Positions 23,151 through 33,324 of a DNA stretch of 64,000 nt are shown here, one piece after another. This DNA comes from Gemmatimonadota bacterium (lineage in GTDB: Bacteria > Latescibacterota > UBA2968 > UBA8231). Positions within the stretch are counted from its first letter, which is position 1; each line of letters begins with the position of its first letter. The stretch is taken from the NCBI GenBank assembly GCA_038128265.1, contig JAYPJE010000018.1:1-64000 (forward strand), written 5' to 3'. The translations under genes were made by a program, and so were the position numbers. A model generated the notes under the pieces. The model did no database searches, was not told where the DNA came from, and worked only from the letters and a program-made list of their open reading frames with translations.

Positions 23151-24551
23151 GTGAAGTACGTATTTGCCGCTCTCATTGCCCTCTTTGTCGCCCTGTATGC
23201 CTACGCCGTTGCCACCCTAGAGCGCACGGGCGACCCCAACAAGACGCAGGTAATCTGGGCCAGCGATCCCAACCCAGCGCGCAGCAAGCAGATCGGTATT
23301 TTCTCCGAGCTGAATCCCCAGCTAGAAGGCATGGTAGAAAAGCTCGACGGCACGAAAATCATTGTGCGCTGCGCCACGGGTACCGGCCCCGACGTAGTCG
23401 ATATTTACGACGTATTTGAGTTAGCCACCTACGCCGAGGCGGGCATTTTGCTCGACCTGACTCCCTTTGCCGACAGTTTGGGTTTTGGTCTCGACAACAC
23501 CTATAGCTCACTGCGGGAAGGCCTCAGCTACGAGGGCAGGCAGTACCGTTTTCCGTGCAACGTGCACGCCAACGCCATCGTCTACAACAAGAAGGTGCTG
23601 GAAGACCACGACGCCCCCCTGCCGCAGCCAGACTGGACGTGGGACGACTTTGTCGAAAGCGCGCTGGCCGTGCGCAATAACCCATCCCGCAGCGGCGACG
23701 AGCACATCCCGCTGGCTAATTGGAACAGCGAGTGGATTTATCGCGACCTATTGGTCGGCCATGGGGGTGCGCTCTTTACGCCGGATGGACTGCGCTCTCT
23801 GCTGGGCGAAGAGGAGGCAATGCAGGCGATGGAGCGCTTTCGCGATATGGCGCTCACGCACGATATCATGCCCACCTCGGCCGAGGCGCGCTCGCTCTCT
23901 TCTCAGGGCGGCTGGGGCTCGGGCGGCATCGCCTGGTTTTTCAACCAGCAGGCTGCCTATCTGCACATAGGGCGCTGGGCCATCGTGCAAATACCCGTCT
24001 ACCTGCAGCGCAATCCCGACCTAGTAGAAAACATCGGCGCAGCCCGTTTGCCGCGCGTGCCCGGTCACCCCTCGCGCGGCATTGTCGGCACGCGCGCCGC
24101 CGGCATCAACGCCAAGACAAAAAATCCGCACGCAGCGATGCGCTTTTTGCAGTATTTGGCCGGACGCGAGTACAGTGCGCTCATCGTCGAAGACGGCGAT
24201 GGTCTGCCGCCCAATCCAGGCATGGCAAACGCCGGCGGCGATTTAGCCAACCAGATTGTTCCCGATCCAGCTTTTCACCAGCCTTTTATCGATGCGGTTA
24301 GAGAGGGGGTAACGCTGCGCATGAGCCCGTTTATCGAAGCACAAATCGTGCGACGCTGGATGTTAGAAGCCGTCGAGCAGGTGGAAAATGGCGCCGAGCC
24401 GCGCGCGGCCATCGCCCGCGTAGCCGACGAGGTAGACGAGCGCATACGGCAGAATTTGCAGCGCCGGCCCATGTTGCAGGAAAAGTTTGAGCAGGTGACG
24501 GGCCGGCCCTACAGCGCCGATTGGTGGAAGGAAGAGGTCGCGGCCAAATAG
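23151..24551 (+). CDS. Sugar ABC transporter substrate-binding protein (family 1)
   Basis: N-terminal hydrophobic anchor, 'GTGPDV', 'LLDLTPF', 'IVYNKKVLE', 'WTWDDF'. In an operon with two permeases. Confidence 0.85.
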   Translation: MKYVFAALIALFVALYAYAVATLERTGDPNKTQVIWASDPNPARSKQIGIFSELNPQLEGMVEKLDGTKIIVRCATGTGPDVVDIYDVFELATYAEAGILLDLTPFADSLGFGLDNTYSSLREGLSYEGRQYRFPCNVHANAIVYNKKVLEDHDAPLPQPDWTWDDFVESALAVRNNPSRSGDEHIPLANWNSEWIYRDLLVGHGGALFTPDGLRSLLGEEEAMQAMERFRDMALTHDIMPTSAEARSLSSQGGWGSGGIAWFFNQQAAYLHIGRWAIVQIPVYLQRNPDLVENIGAARLPRVPGHPSRGIVGTRAAGINAKTKNPHAAMRFLQYLAGREYSALIVEDGDGLPPNPGMANAGGDLANQIVPDPAFHQPFIDAVREGVTLRMSPFIEAQIVRRWMLEAVEQVENGAEPRAAIARVADEVDERIRQNLQRRPMLQEKFEQVTGRPYSADWWKEEVAAK

Positions 24552-24627
24552 GAGGGCGCGCACGGCCCGGAACTCTTTGCCGTTCTGTAAATTGATCAAC
24601 TGGAGAAAAGAAGGCGAAACACTGTGG

Positions 24628-25065
24628 TTAGTTGGCCAGAGCGATCATAATCACGCCCGCCGTGATTAGCACCGCACCTAGGCCGACTTTCCAGGAAAAA
24701 CTTTCGCCCAGCACGACAAAGGAGATGATCAGCACCAGCACGACGCTGAGCTTGTCGATGGGCGCCACGCGGGAGGCCGGTCCAAGCTGCAGCGCCTTGT
24801 AATAGCACAGCCACGACAGTCCGGTAGTGATGCCGGAAAGCACCAGAAACGTCAGCGCCCTCAATGGGAGCTGATCGATGCGCATCCACTGCTCTTTGAA
24901 GGTCACGAAAAGCGCGGTGACGCCCAAGATGACCACGGTGCGGATAAAGGTGGCCAGATCGGAGTGGATTTTCTCGACGCCGATCTTGCCGAGTATAGTA
25001 GTCAGCGCGGCAAAGACCGCCGCGCCCAACGCGTAGAACAGCCAGGAACCGTAAAAGCCCGACAT
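24628..25065 (-). CDS. EamA-family (DMT) small transporter
   Basis: Five hydrophobic helices and 'SWLCYYKALQLGPASRVAPIDKLSVVL'. Confidence 0.9.
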   Translation of the reverse strand: MSGFYGSWLFYALGAAVFAALTTILGKIGVEKIHSDLATFIRTVVILGVTALFVTFKEQWMRIDQLPLRALTFLVLSGITTGLSWLCYYKALQLGPASRVAPIDKLSVVLVLIISFVVLGESFSWKVGLGAVLITAGVIMIALAN

Positions 25066-25091
25066 GAGACGGCCCTCCGGGTAATGGCGCG

Positions 25092-25628
25092 CTAGTCCAG
25101 CGCGCCGGCCAGTTTGATCAGCGCGTCGGCCAACTGATCGATGCGCTCTTTAATTTCCTCGCTCTCCACGCACATATCGGGCTGGCGATCGTTGGCAAAG
25201 TCGCCGCCCGTAGCGTAGACAAAGCGCGGCACGATAAGGCAGCGAAAGTCGAGCATTAAGCTATTGGCCAGCCCCATAATCGACATATAGCTGGAGCGCC
25301 CACCTGCCGCACAGAGAAAGCCCACGGGCTTGTCTGACCAGGCGCGGCCCGTCAGATCGACAACATTTTTGACGGCGGCGTTGGTATCGTAGACGTAAAT
25401 CGGCGCGGCCACTGCAATGCCATCGGCTGCCCGCAAACGCTCGGTCAGCGCCAGCACGTCCGCCGTTTTGCAATCCCCGGTGCCCGTATGCAGCGGCAGG
25501 TCGTGCGCGCGCAGGTCGATCAGGTCGGTATCGACACCGCGAGAGCGCACGGCTTCTTCAACATGCCGCGCCAATATATAGGAGCGGCTCTGGGGATGCA
25601 GCGAACCACTTATTATTGCAATATTCAT
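25092..25628 (-). CDS. NAD(P)H-dependent FMN reductase family flavoprotein
   Basis: 'IISGSLHPQSRS', 'IDLR', 'ADG...AAPIY', 'WSDKPVGF'. Start moved to ATG 25628 with AGGAGAG RBS. Confidence 0.88.
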   Translation of the reverse strand: MNIAIISGSLHPQSRSYILARHVEEAVRSRGVDTDLIDLRAHDLPLHTGTGDCKTADVLALTERLRAADGIAVAAPIYVYDTNAAVKNVVDLTGRAWSDKPVGFLCAAGGRSSYMSIMGLANSLMLDFRCLIVPRFVYATGGDFANDRQPDMCVESEEIKERIDQLADALIKLAGALD

Positions 25629-25816
25629 AGCTCTCCTAAATGCGCCCACAATTTGCAAAGGCCGTGCTAACCCATTAGCTGCGCAGCGTGCACCGAGGTA
25701 AAAGCCGGACTGCACGCGTCGTAAAATTGCCAAGAAAGGTGGGCCGCATCAAGGTGGACGCCACCCGCATAATTTCCTAAGCTCTATGGCCAAACTCATC
25801 AAAGGGGACGGTTGGC

Positions 25817-26971
25817 ATGACATACGATGTGCTGTTAAAAGGCGGACGCGTCATCGATCCTAAAAACGGCGTTGATGCGCTGGCCAACGTGGCGGTAAAA
25901 GACGGTAAAATTGCCGCTGTCGGCAGCGAAGTGGACGGCGAAGCGACCAAGACGCTCGACGTGACGGGATACTACGTAACGCCAGGTCTCATAGACATTC
26001 ACCTGCACGCCTACGGTCGATTTTTTGCCTGGCTACACCCCGACCAACAGTGCCTGCCCTACGGGGTTACAACCTGCGTCGACACGGGCAGTTCGGGCTG
26101 GCAGCACTTTGAGGACTTTGTCAATACGATCATCGCCAAGTCGACCACGCGCGTGCTGGCCTTTATCAACATCGTCGGCGCGGGTATGGCTGGTGCCTGC
26201 GAACAGGACGTGAGCGAGATGGTGCCCGAACCGTGTGCCGATATGATCAAACAGTACCCCGAGCACGCCGTTGGCTCCAAGTCGGCACACTACTACGGGC
26301 CGGGATGGGAAGCGGCGCAGGGCGGCATCGACGCAGCGCGCCTGAGCGACACGATCACCATGATCGATTTTGCTCCTATGCCCGAGCGCAGCTACGAAGA
26401 GCTGCTCATCGACCGCATGGCACCCGGTGATATCCACACCCATCTCTACGCATCGCATATCCCGCTGATCGACGAAAATAAACGGGTTAACGACTATGTG
26501 CGCGCCGCGCGCGACAAGGGCGTGATATTCGATACGGGCCACGGCGGCGGATCGTTCTGGTTTCGCATTGCCGTGCCGGCCATGGAGCAAGGTTTTCCAC
26601 CCGACACCATTAGCACCGACCTGCACACCGGCAGCCGCATGCGTCCCAATGCAACCATGGTCTCGACGATGGACAAATTTCTCGCCATGGGCATGCCTTT
26701 AAACGAGGTGGTCTACCGCTCAACGCAGCGCCCGGCCGAAGTCATCCGCCGACCCGAACTCGGCCATATTGGCGTTGGCGCCGAAGCCGATGTCGCCGTG
26801 CTAGAAATCGAAGAGGGCCAGTTTGGTCTGGTCGATTCCGGGCGAGCGCGCATGGGTGCCACGCAGAAAACGTCGTGCCGCGCTACGCTGCGCGCCGGAC
26901 AGATCGTCTGGGACGAATACGGATTGAGCTGTCCGCGCTGGGAAGAGGCGGGCGACTATAAGACGCTGTAG
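25817..26971 (+). CDS. Amidohydrolase/deacetylase-family metallohydrolase (dihydroorotase-like)
   Basis: 'PGLIDIHLH' (HxH), 'GVTTCVDTGS', 'DIHTH', 'DTGHGGGSF', 'ISTDLH'. Confidence 0.88.
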   Translation: MTYDVLLKGGRVIDPKNGVDALANVAVKDGKIAAVGSEVDGEATKTLDVTGYYVTPGLIDIHLHAYGRFFAWLHPDQQCLPYGVTTCVDTGSSGWQHFEDFVNTIIAKSTTRVLAFINIVGAGMAGACEQDVSEMVPEPCADMIKQYPEHAVGSKSAHYYGPGWEAAQGGIDAARLSDTITMIDFAPMPERSYEELLIDRMAPGDIHTHLYASHIPLIDENKRVNDYVRAARDKGVIFDTGHGGGSFWFRIAVPAMEQGFPPDTISTDLHTGSRMRPNATMVSTMDKFLAMGMPLNEVVYRSTQRPAEVIRRPELGHIGVGAEADVAVLEIEEGQFGLVDSGRARMGATQKTSCRATLRAGQIVWDEYGLSCPRWEEAGDYKTL

Positions 26972-26986
26972 TAGGAAGGCGGAACC

Positions 26987-28564
26987 ATGATGCGGCATCG
27001 GCCGCTACTCCAATCGGCTCTGCTGGCACTCGCCCTGAGCGCCGGCTGTGCCCTTCTACAGCCGAAAAAAATGGATCGAGACGCCGACATTCCTCCCATT
27101 GAGCGCGAATTTCGCGCCGTCTGGGTCGCCACCGTCGCCAATATCGACTGGCCCTCCGAGCCTGGATTGGACGGCGAAGTGCAAAAAGCCGAAGCCATTG
27201 CCCTGCTCGACACAGCGGTGCAGATGGGGCTCAACGCCGTCGTATTTCAGGTGCGCCCTCAGTGCGACGCGCTCTATGCCAGCCGCACCGAACCCTGGTC
27301 CTATTTCCTGAGCGGCGAGCAGGGTAAGCCGCCCGAGCCCTACTACGATCCACTGGCCTTCTGGATTGCCGAGGCGCACGCGCGCGGCATGGAGCTGCAC
27401 GCGTGGTTCAACCCCTATCGAGCCCACCATCCCCAGGGCGGCCCCGTTGGCCCGCGCTCGCTGGTCAACAGGCGCTCCGACCTGGCGCTGCAGCTGGGCG
27501 ACGAGGGCTATTGGTGGCTCGACCCGGGCAAACAGGGCACCCAAGATCACGCCTATGCGGTCGTCATGGACGTGCTGCGACGCTACGACGTCGACGGCAT
27601 TCACTTTGACGATTACTTCTACCCCTATCCCTCCTATAACGACGGGCGCGACTTTCCCGACGACGAAAGTTGGACGGCCTATCGCCGCGACGGCGGTAAG
27701 CTCGGCTTGGGAGACTGGCGGCGCGAAAACGTCAATCGCTTTATAGAGCGACTATACGAGGGCATAAAAGGGGAGAAGCCACACGTCAAGTTCGGCCTGA
27801 GCCCCTTTGGCATATGGCGGCCGGGCCATCCCGAATCCATTCGCGGTCTCGACCAATACGACGTGCTCTACGCCGACGCGCGCCTGTGGCTGCAGAAGGG
27901 CTGGCTCGACTACCTCTCACCGCAGCTCTACTGGCCCATTCGCCAAGTGCCGCAGAGCTATCCCATGCTCTTGGCTTGGTGGACCCAGCAAAATGCCAAA
28001 GGGCGCCACGTGTGGCCGGGACTCTATGCCAGCGGCATCGAGAATGCGCGCGGCGCCGACGAAATTGTCAACCAGGTGATGGTCGCGCGCGCGCTGGCAC
28101 CGACGGGAGCCGGCCACGTGCATTTTAGTATGAAAGCGCTGCGCGAAAATCGCGGCGGCATCGTCGACTCGCTCATCGCGCAACCCTATGCGCAGACGGC
28201 TCTGATACCGCCCTCGCCGTGGCTCGACGACCGCGCTCCGGACGTTCCCTCGCTCAAGGTGGACGTGCAGGGGGAACAGGTGCGCGTGCAGTGGGCGCAC
28301 GCCAATGTGGAAGACGTTAACCGCTGGATTGTCTATCAGCGGCGCGGCGCGCGCTGGGATTACGCGCTCTTTCACCGCAGCGTGCGCGAAACGCTCATTC
28401 CCGTGGTCGAACTGAGCGCAGCAGGAGATGACTCGTCCTCGCCACAGGTGCTGGACGAAATCGCCATATCGGCGCTCGATCGGCTGGGCAACGAAAGCAC
28501 CAAGGCACGCAGGGCGCTCGGCGAACTACCCGAAGCAACCGCAGCGTTAGACAAAGGACCGTAG
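26987..28564 (+). CDS. GHL10 (YddW/DigH-like) glycoside hydrolase-family lipoprotein
   Basis: Lipobox LSAGC. 'EFRAVWVATVANIDWPS', 'FQVRP', 'ELHAWFNPYRA', 'YDVDGIHFDDYFYPY', 'PQLYW'. Confidence 0.9.
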   Translation: MMRHRPLLQSALLALALSAGCALLQPKKMDRDADIPPIEREFRAVWVATVANIDWPSEPGLDGEVQKAEAIALLDTAVQMGLNAVVFQVRPQCDALYASRTEPWSYFLSGEQGKPPEPYYDPLAFWIAEAHARGMELHAWFNPYRAHHPQGGPVGPRSLVNRRSDLALQLGDEGYWWLDPGKQGTQDHAYAVVMDVLRRYDVDGIHFDDYFYPYPSYNDGRDFPDDESWTAYRRDGGKLGLGDWRRENVNRFIERLYEGIKGEKPHVKFGLSPFGIWRPGHPESIRGLDQYDVLYADARLWLQKGWLDYLSPQLYWPIRQVPQSYPMLLAWWTQQNAKGRHVWPGLYASGIENARGADEIVNQVMVARALAPTGAGHVHFSMKALRENRGGIVDSLIAQPYAQTALIPPSPWLDDRAPDVPSLKVDVQGEQVRVQWAHANVEDVNRWIVYQRRGARWDYALFHRSVRETLIPVVELSAAGDDSSSPQVLDEIAISALDRLGNESTKARRALGELPEATAALDKGP

Positions 28565-29860
28565 CGACTCGGCCAGCCTGCGCTGCACCGCCGCGCAGTT
28601 TGGCTGCCCGCTCAGATCAGACTCTTCTGTGGGGTCCTCCAGCAGGTCGTACAGCGCCGCTTGTGACCGATCCGTCCACTCCACCAATTTGTAGCGCCCA
28701 TCAAAAGCAACGCGCCAATCTCCAAGCGCCGCATGCACGCACGCACGCGTTGCGCCGGCCTCGCCTTTGAGCAGCGGCCACAGCGAACGGCTGTCCATAG
28801 CGGGCAGCGACTCGGCCTGGCCGGCTTCCAGAAATGTGGCCACTAGGTCGAGAATCGTCGCCGGTGCGTCGAGCACCCGGCCGGCCTGCACGCCGGGACC
28901 GGCCACCGTTAGCGGCACGCCGATGGAAGGCTGGTGCGGCAACGACTTGCCCCAGCGATCGTGATCGCCGAGCATTTCGCCGTGGTCGCTGCTAAAGACG
29001 ACGATCGTGTCGTCAAGCTCGCCGCGCTGATCCAACGCCTCCAGATACGCGCCGATCCAACGGTCTATATTTTCCACCATCGCCGCGTAGTTGCGCCGCA
29101 CTTCGAGCAGCGCATCGGGCGGATCATCGCCGGCAGCGCTGGGCTGGGGAAATTCGTCTTCGGCATAGAGCGCCTTCATGCGCTCGGTAATATCCCATGG
29201 ATTGTGCGGTCCGGTAAAGTTAACCTGGAGAAACCACGGTCTGTCGGTGGGCGCGTCCGCCAGCAAATCGAGTCCATTTTGACCGATCCAATTGTCGCAG
29301 TAGGCATCGTCGGGCAGCGGCGTGGCAAAGGACGAAAGCTTGGTGCGGCGGGCAAAATCATCGACATGTGCTTGGCGCAGACCGCGCTCCTCCAAGAACT
29401 GCAAATAGGGCCCCTGCGGTTTTTCGCGTCCGCTATTGGCCCCGTCCATCTTGCCCTCGTTATTTATACCGGCGCTAAAGCCCCACGCGCTGAGATGGGC
29501 TCGACCGTCCAAGCCCCACGCCGGACGACGCGCAATGCAGTCGCCCTTGTTGAGATCGAGTTTGCCGCAGGCCATGGTGTGATACCCCGCGTCGCGCAGC
29601 CGCGCGTAGAGCGTTGGCTGATCGAGCGGCACATTGTCGCCGTTGCCCTGCACCGGACAGCGGGGGTACTCGCGCCCCGTTGCCAGAACGGCGCGACAGG
29701 GTGCGCATAGCGGAGAAGGGCATATGGCGTTGGTGAAGCGCGTCCCGCGCGCGTCGAGTGCGTCCAGGTAGGGCGTGCGCAGCGGCAGTGCCGGATTGGC
29801 GCCGGTCCAGTCGTGGCGCAGCTGATCGGGAAATAGGAACAGAATATTGGGTTGTTGCAT
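28547..29860 (-). CDS. Formylglycine-dependent sulfatase (Cys type)
   Basis: 'PNILFLFPDQ', CxPxR signature 'LCAPCRAVLATG', 'SSDHGEMLGDH', 'LYDL..DP.E'. Confidence 0.92.
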   Translation of the reverse strand: MQQPNILFLFPDQLRHDWTGANPALPLRTPYLDALDARGTRFTNAICPSPLCAPCRAVLATGREYPRCPVQGNGDNVPLDQPTLYARLRDAGYHTMACGKLDLNKGDCIARRPAWGLDGRAHLSAWGFSAGINNEGKMDGANSGREKPQGPYLQFLEERGLRQAHVDDFARRTKLSSFATPLPDDAYCDNWIGQNGLDLLADAPTDRPWFLQVNFTGPHNPWDITERMKALYAEDEFPQPSAAGDDPPDALLEVRRNYAAMVENIDRWIGAYLEALDQRGELDDTIVVFSSDHGEMLGDHDRWGKSLPHQPSIGVPLTVAGPGVQAGRVLDAPATILDLVATFLEAGQAESLPAMDSRSLWPLLKGEAGATRACVHAALGDWRVAFDGRYKLVEWTDRSQAALYDLLEDPTEESDLSGQPNCAAVQRRLAESLRSFV

Positions 29861-29948
29861 TGCGCGTCCGCCTAGTTAGTCTGCGTGCATTGTTTGTTAG
29901 CGCGCTAAGATAGGCACTGGAAGCGCGTCGTAAAAATGGAGCGCCCAT

Positions 29949-30671
29949 GTGAAGAGCAAACCCATTCCAACCCTGCGGCTGATGGCCTATAATATCCGCC
30001 ACGGAGCCGGCATGGACGGGTGCGTGGATCTGCCGCGCATCGCGTCTGCAATCAGCCGCTACGCGCCCGAAGTCGTCCTGCTGCAAGAAGTAGACGAGCG
30101 CTGCGGGCGCACCGATCGCGTCGACCAAATGCAGGTGCTGGGCCAGCTAACGGATATGCACCATTTTTTTGGCGCCTTCCGCGCTTTTGATGGCGGCCGC
30201 TATGGCATGGGGGTTCTTTGCAAGGCGCCCCTCGCCGAGCCAGCGCAGTATGGCTGGGAAAGCGGCGATATCGCGCGCTGCTGGATTGCCGTGCAGGGAA
30301 CATGGGGCACGGACTGGGACGCAGTCGTCTTTACCGGCATTCATCTCTACACAGATCCCGAACTGCGCCTGCAACAGGCGGAGCGGGTGCGCGATCTATT
30401 CGCCTCCGCATCGCATCCGATTGTTCTGGCCGGCGACTTCAACTGCGAGCCGGGCGCACCGGCCGCCGAACTGCTCGATGCGCACTGGCAGCGGGCGACC
30501 AAAGAAGGCGACCGATACACCTTTCCCGCCGACGTGCCCACCAAGGAAATCGATTTTGTCTTTGCGCGACCGGTACATCGGATCCGCGTGCAGCGCTGCT
30601 GGGTAGGGTCAGAGGCCATAGCCTCTGACCACCGACCCGTGCTGGCCGACCTCGCGCTGCAGCCAGCGTAA
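29949..30671 (+). CDS. Endonuclease/exonuclease/phosphatase family protein
   Basis: 'YNI', 'LLQEVD', 'LAGDFN', 'EIDFVF', 'ASDHRPV'. Confidence 0.9.
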   Translation: MKSKPIPTLRLMAYNIRHGAGMDGCVDLPRIASAISRYAPEVVLLQEVDERCGRTDRVDQMQVLGQLTDMHHFFGAFRAFDGGRYGMGVLCKAPLAEPAQYGWESGDIARCWIAVQGTWGTDWDAVVFTGIHLYTDPELRLQQAERVRDLFASASHPIVLAGDFNCEPGAPAAELLDAHWQRATKEGDRYTFPADVPTKEIDFVFARPVHRIRVQRCWVGSEAIASDHRPVLADLALQPA

Positions 30672-30763
30672 GCACATGCCGTCCATTGCATGCTACCGCA
30701 ACCTCGCACACCGCATCCGGCCTACAGCAGCCGCACGGTGCAGCTAATCTCAAGGAATCTCCC

Positions 30764-32368
30764 ATGAATAGCGGACAAGTGCTCTACTATCCATCGCAGC
30801 TCGATCAGACGCTGCAACCCCTGCCCATATGCGCCAGCGCCCACCGCTCTGTACCCATGCCGCTGATTCTCGACCTGAGCCCGGGTGCCATTTCCGACCT
30901 GGGGCAGTCGGCGCGGCGCTGCGCTGAGTTCGTGCGCTTTGCCGCAGAAGCCGGTCACCAAGCCGTTATCGCCAAACCATGCGGTCGCGGTCCTGGCAGC
31001 GTCTACCAAGGCCCTGGCGAAGTCGACCTTTTTGAAGCTATTGACTTTATCTGCGCCCACTTTCCCATCGATCGGCAGCGCATCTGCCTAATGGGCGGTT
31101 CCATGGGCGGGGCCGCCACCTGGTATATCGCCTCTCACTATCCCGACCGCTTTGCCGCCGCTGCGCCCTTTTGCGGCTACTGCGATTACACCCTGTGGAC
31201 CAAGCCAGGCGGACTCATCATGCGGACCATGCCCTGGGAAGAATACTCCTGGCAGAGCCGCGGGGCGGCGTACCGCGCCGCCAACCTCTCCAATATGGCT
31301 GTGTGGATGACGCACGGCGAATGGGATATCGGCATTGGTGGCGGCGTGCCCATCGAACACTCGCGGCAGATGGCACGGCGATTTGACCAGCTCGGCATGC
31401 CCTATGAATTCACCGTCGTGCCCGAATGCGGACACGGCTGCATGGTCGAAGAGCAGCTGCGCCGCGTCATTCCATGGCTGTGCCAACAGCGTCTTCCGCA
31501 GCACCCAGAACGCGTGCAGCTCGTGGCGCATACGCTGCGCCACAGCCAGTCTTTTTGGCTGTCGATCGACGCCTTTGAAGCGTATGGCACTCCGGCGCGC
31601 GTCGACGCCCACGTTGTCGGCGATACGCTCAGCGTGGTAGCCCAAAACGTCCACTCCTTTTCCATCGGTCCAATCCCCGAAAAGCGCGCAGTGCGCATCG
31701 ATCTGCCCGGCGTCGAGTCCCAGCGCTTTGACTGCTCACAGGTGGCTCATTCGCTCGTGCGCGATGGCCACGGTTGGAGGGCAGAAGAACAGCCAGCGGC
31801 GGGCGCGGGCGTAAAAAGGCGCGCTCAGTCCGGCCCCTTTGCCGACCTGTTCTTCGCTCCGCTATACATCGTCAAGGGCACGCGCGGCAGCGCCCAGGAA
31901 AACTTTTTACAGCAGTGGATGGCAGAAAACATTCCCGGCTATTTCAGGCAGACCAACGGCGGCGTCCATCGGGGGATTTTCAACGGCGAGAGCTACTACG
32001 ACATTTCCGTCGTCGACGATGAGGCTCTCTCAGACGAGGCCCTACACGGCGCCAACCTGCTGCTGTGGGGCACCGATCGCTCCAACTCGGTGCTGGCCCG
32101 ATTCATCGACCAACTCCCGCTTTCCTTCGCCCCAGATAGCGTGACGGTGGGCGGCCAAGCGTTTGCCGGGCAGCACGTCGGCCTGGCCGCGTGCTTTCCC
32201 CATCCGCTCAACGCACAGCGCTATATGGCCGTCGTTGGCGGCGTATCGCCCGAGAGCATTACCAACGCGACCCACCTCAATCTACAGCTGCTGCCAGACT
32301 ACTTGGTATGGGATGCCGAACAAGTACTAGCGCACGGCCATTTCGACGCGTCGTGGCGCTGCACGTAA
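30764..32368 (+). CDS. Alpha/beta-hydrolase (esterase/prolyl-oligopeptidase-like) with C-terminal extension
   Basis: Nucleophile elbow GGSMGG, 'HGEWD', 'GHG'. ATG 30764 with AAGGA RBS. Confidence 0.8.
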   Translation: MNSGQVLYYPSQLDQTLQPLPICASAHRSVPMPLILDLSPGAISDLGQSARRCAEFVRFAAEAGHQAVIAKPCGRGPGSVYQGPGEVDLFEAIDFICAHFPIDRQRICLMGGSMGGAATWYIASHYPDRFAAAAPFCGYCDYTLWTKPGGLIMRTMPWEEYSWQSRGAAYRAANLSNMAVWMTHGEWDIGIGGGVPIEHSRQMARRFDQLGMPYEFTVVPECGHGCMVEEQLRRVIPWLCQQRLPQHPERVQLVAHTLRHSQSFWLSIDAFEAYGTPARVDAHVVGDTLSVVAQNVHSFSIGPIPEKRAVRIDLPGVESQRFDCSQVAHSLVRDGHGWRAEEQPAAGAGVKRRAQSGPFADLFFAPLYIVKGTRGSAQENFLQQWMAENIPGYFRQTNGGVHRGIFNGESYYDISVVDDEALSDEALHGANLLLWGTDRSNSVLARFIDQLPLSFAPDSVTVGGQAFAGQHVGLAACFPHPLNAQRYMAVVGGVSPESITNATHLNLQLLPDYLVWDAEQVLAHGHFDASWRCT

Positions 32369-32388
32369 CCTCGAACAGCGATGGCGTA

Positions 32389-33168
32389 TCACGCTATGTA
32401 CAGGTCGGGGCGGCGCGTGGTCAGATGCGAACCGCCCGGCGAATTGCGCAGCGCATCGACTTGTGATAGGTCAATATCAGTAACCGAATAGCGGGCTTCT
32501 GCGCTGCTTTCATCGCATAGGACATCGCCGTTGGGCGCAGTGACCAACGACTGCTGGGGATGCGTAAAGGCAATGGCAATTTCGCTCTCGTATGAGCGAC
32601 AGCGCACGATGTATAGATTCCGTTCGTCGTGCATGCCATAGGTCGGATTAAAAATCACCCGCGCTCCTTTCAGCGCCAGCGTGCGCACGGTTTCCGGCCA
32701 GCGGCGATCGGCGCAAATCATGACCCCAAATGGGCCAAAATCGGATGAGAACACCGGCAGGCGCTGACCGATGGCATATTTGGTATCCTCGGCCATGAGG
32801 TGCGTCTTGTCATAGCAATCCACCAGCTCACCGGATCGATTGAGAATCAGTGCGGTATTGTAGGATCCCTCGGGCGCCAGCCGCGTGCAGCCAAATACGA
32901 CCCACGCACCGCGCCGGCGCGCCCACGCCGATAGGGCATCTACATAGGGGCTGTCGTGTGGATCAATCGCATAGGCTCCCAGGTCGGCAGCCGTCACTGC
33001 TTTCTCGGTGACAATATAGCCGTCGAGAAAACACTCTGGCGTAATGAGCACGTCAAATTGCTCATGCTCCATGGAATCCAAAATGGACATCAACGCGTGA
33101 AAGTTTTCCTCCAGCTTGCCCTTTTCTGGCACCGCCCGCACCTGGGCAACGCGAATGGCATTTTTCAT
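32389..33168 (-). CDS. Carbon-nitrogen hydrolase (nitrilase superfamily)
   Basis: E-K-C triad in 'TPECF', 'YDKTHL', 'MICADRRWPE'. Start moved to ATG 33168. Confidence 0.9.
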   Translation of the reverse strand: MKNAIRVAQVRAVPEKGKLEENFHALMSILDSMEHEQFDVLITPECFLDGYIVTEKAVTAADLGAYAIDPHDSPYVDALSAWARRRGAWVVFGCTRLAPEGSYNTALILNRSGELVDCYDKTHLMAEDTKYAIGQRLPVFSSDFGPFGVMICADRRWPETVRTLALKGARVIFNPTYGMHDERNLYIVRCRSYESEIAIAFTHPQQSLVTAPNGDVLCDESSAEARYSVTDIDLSQVDALRNSPGGSHLTTRRPDLYIA

Positions 33169-33324
33169 CCGGTTTCGAGCCTCCATTGGCCGCAAATTCA
33201 GCCGTCTAAGCGCGCACCGGTCAACGTGCCCCCAACCGATGTGCGCCGTTTTTATCGTGCTCCCTAAGATATCGCTTTTGCTGTCAGTGCGTAAAATCGC
33301 GACCGTACTTAAGTTATATACCCC

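Noticed and set aside
28547..28564. Convergent 3' overlaps (18 bp here; shared CTAG at 37711-37714)
   Set aside because: Short tail-to-tail overlaps are common in compact genomes and carry no evidence of special function.
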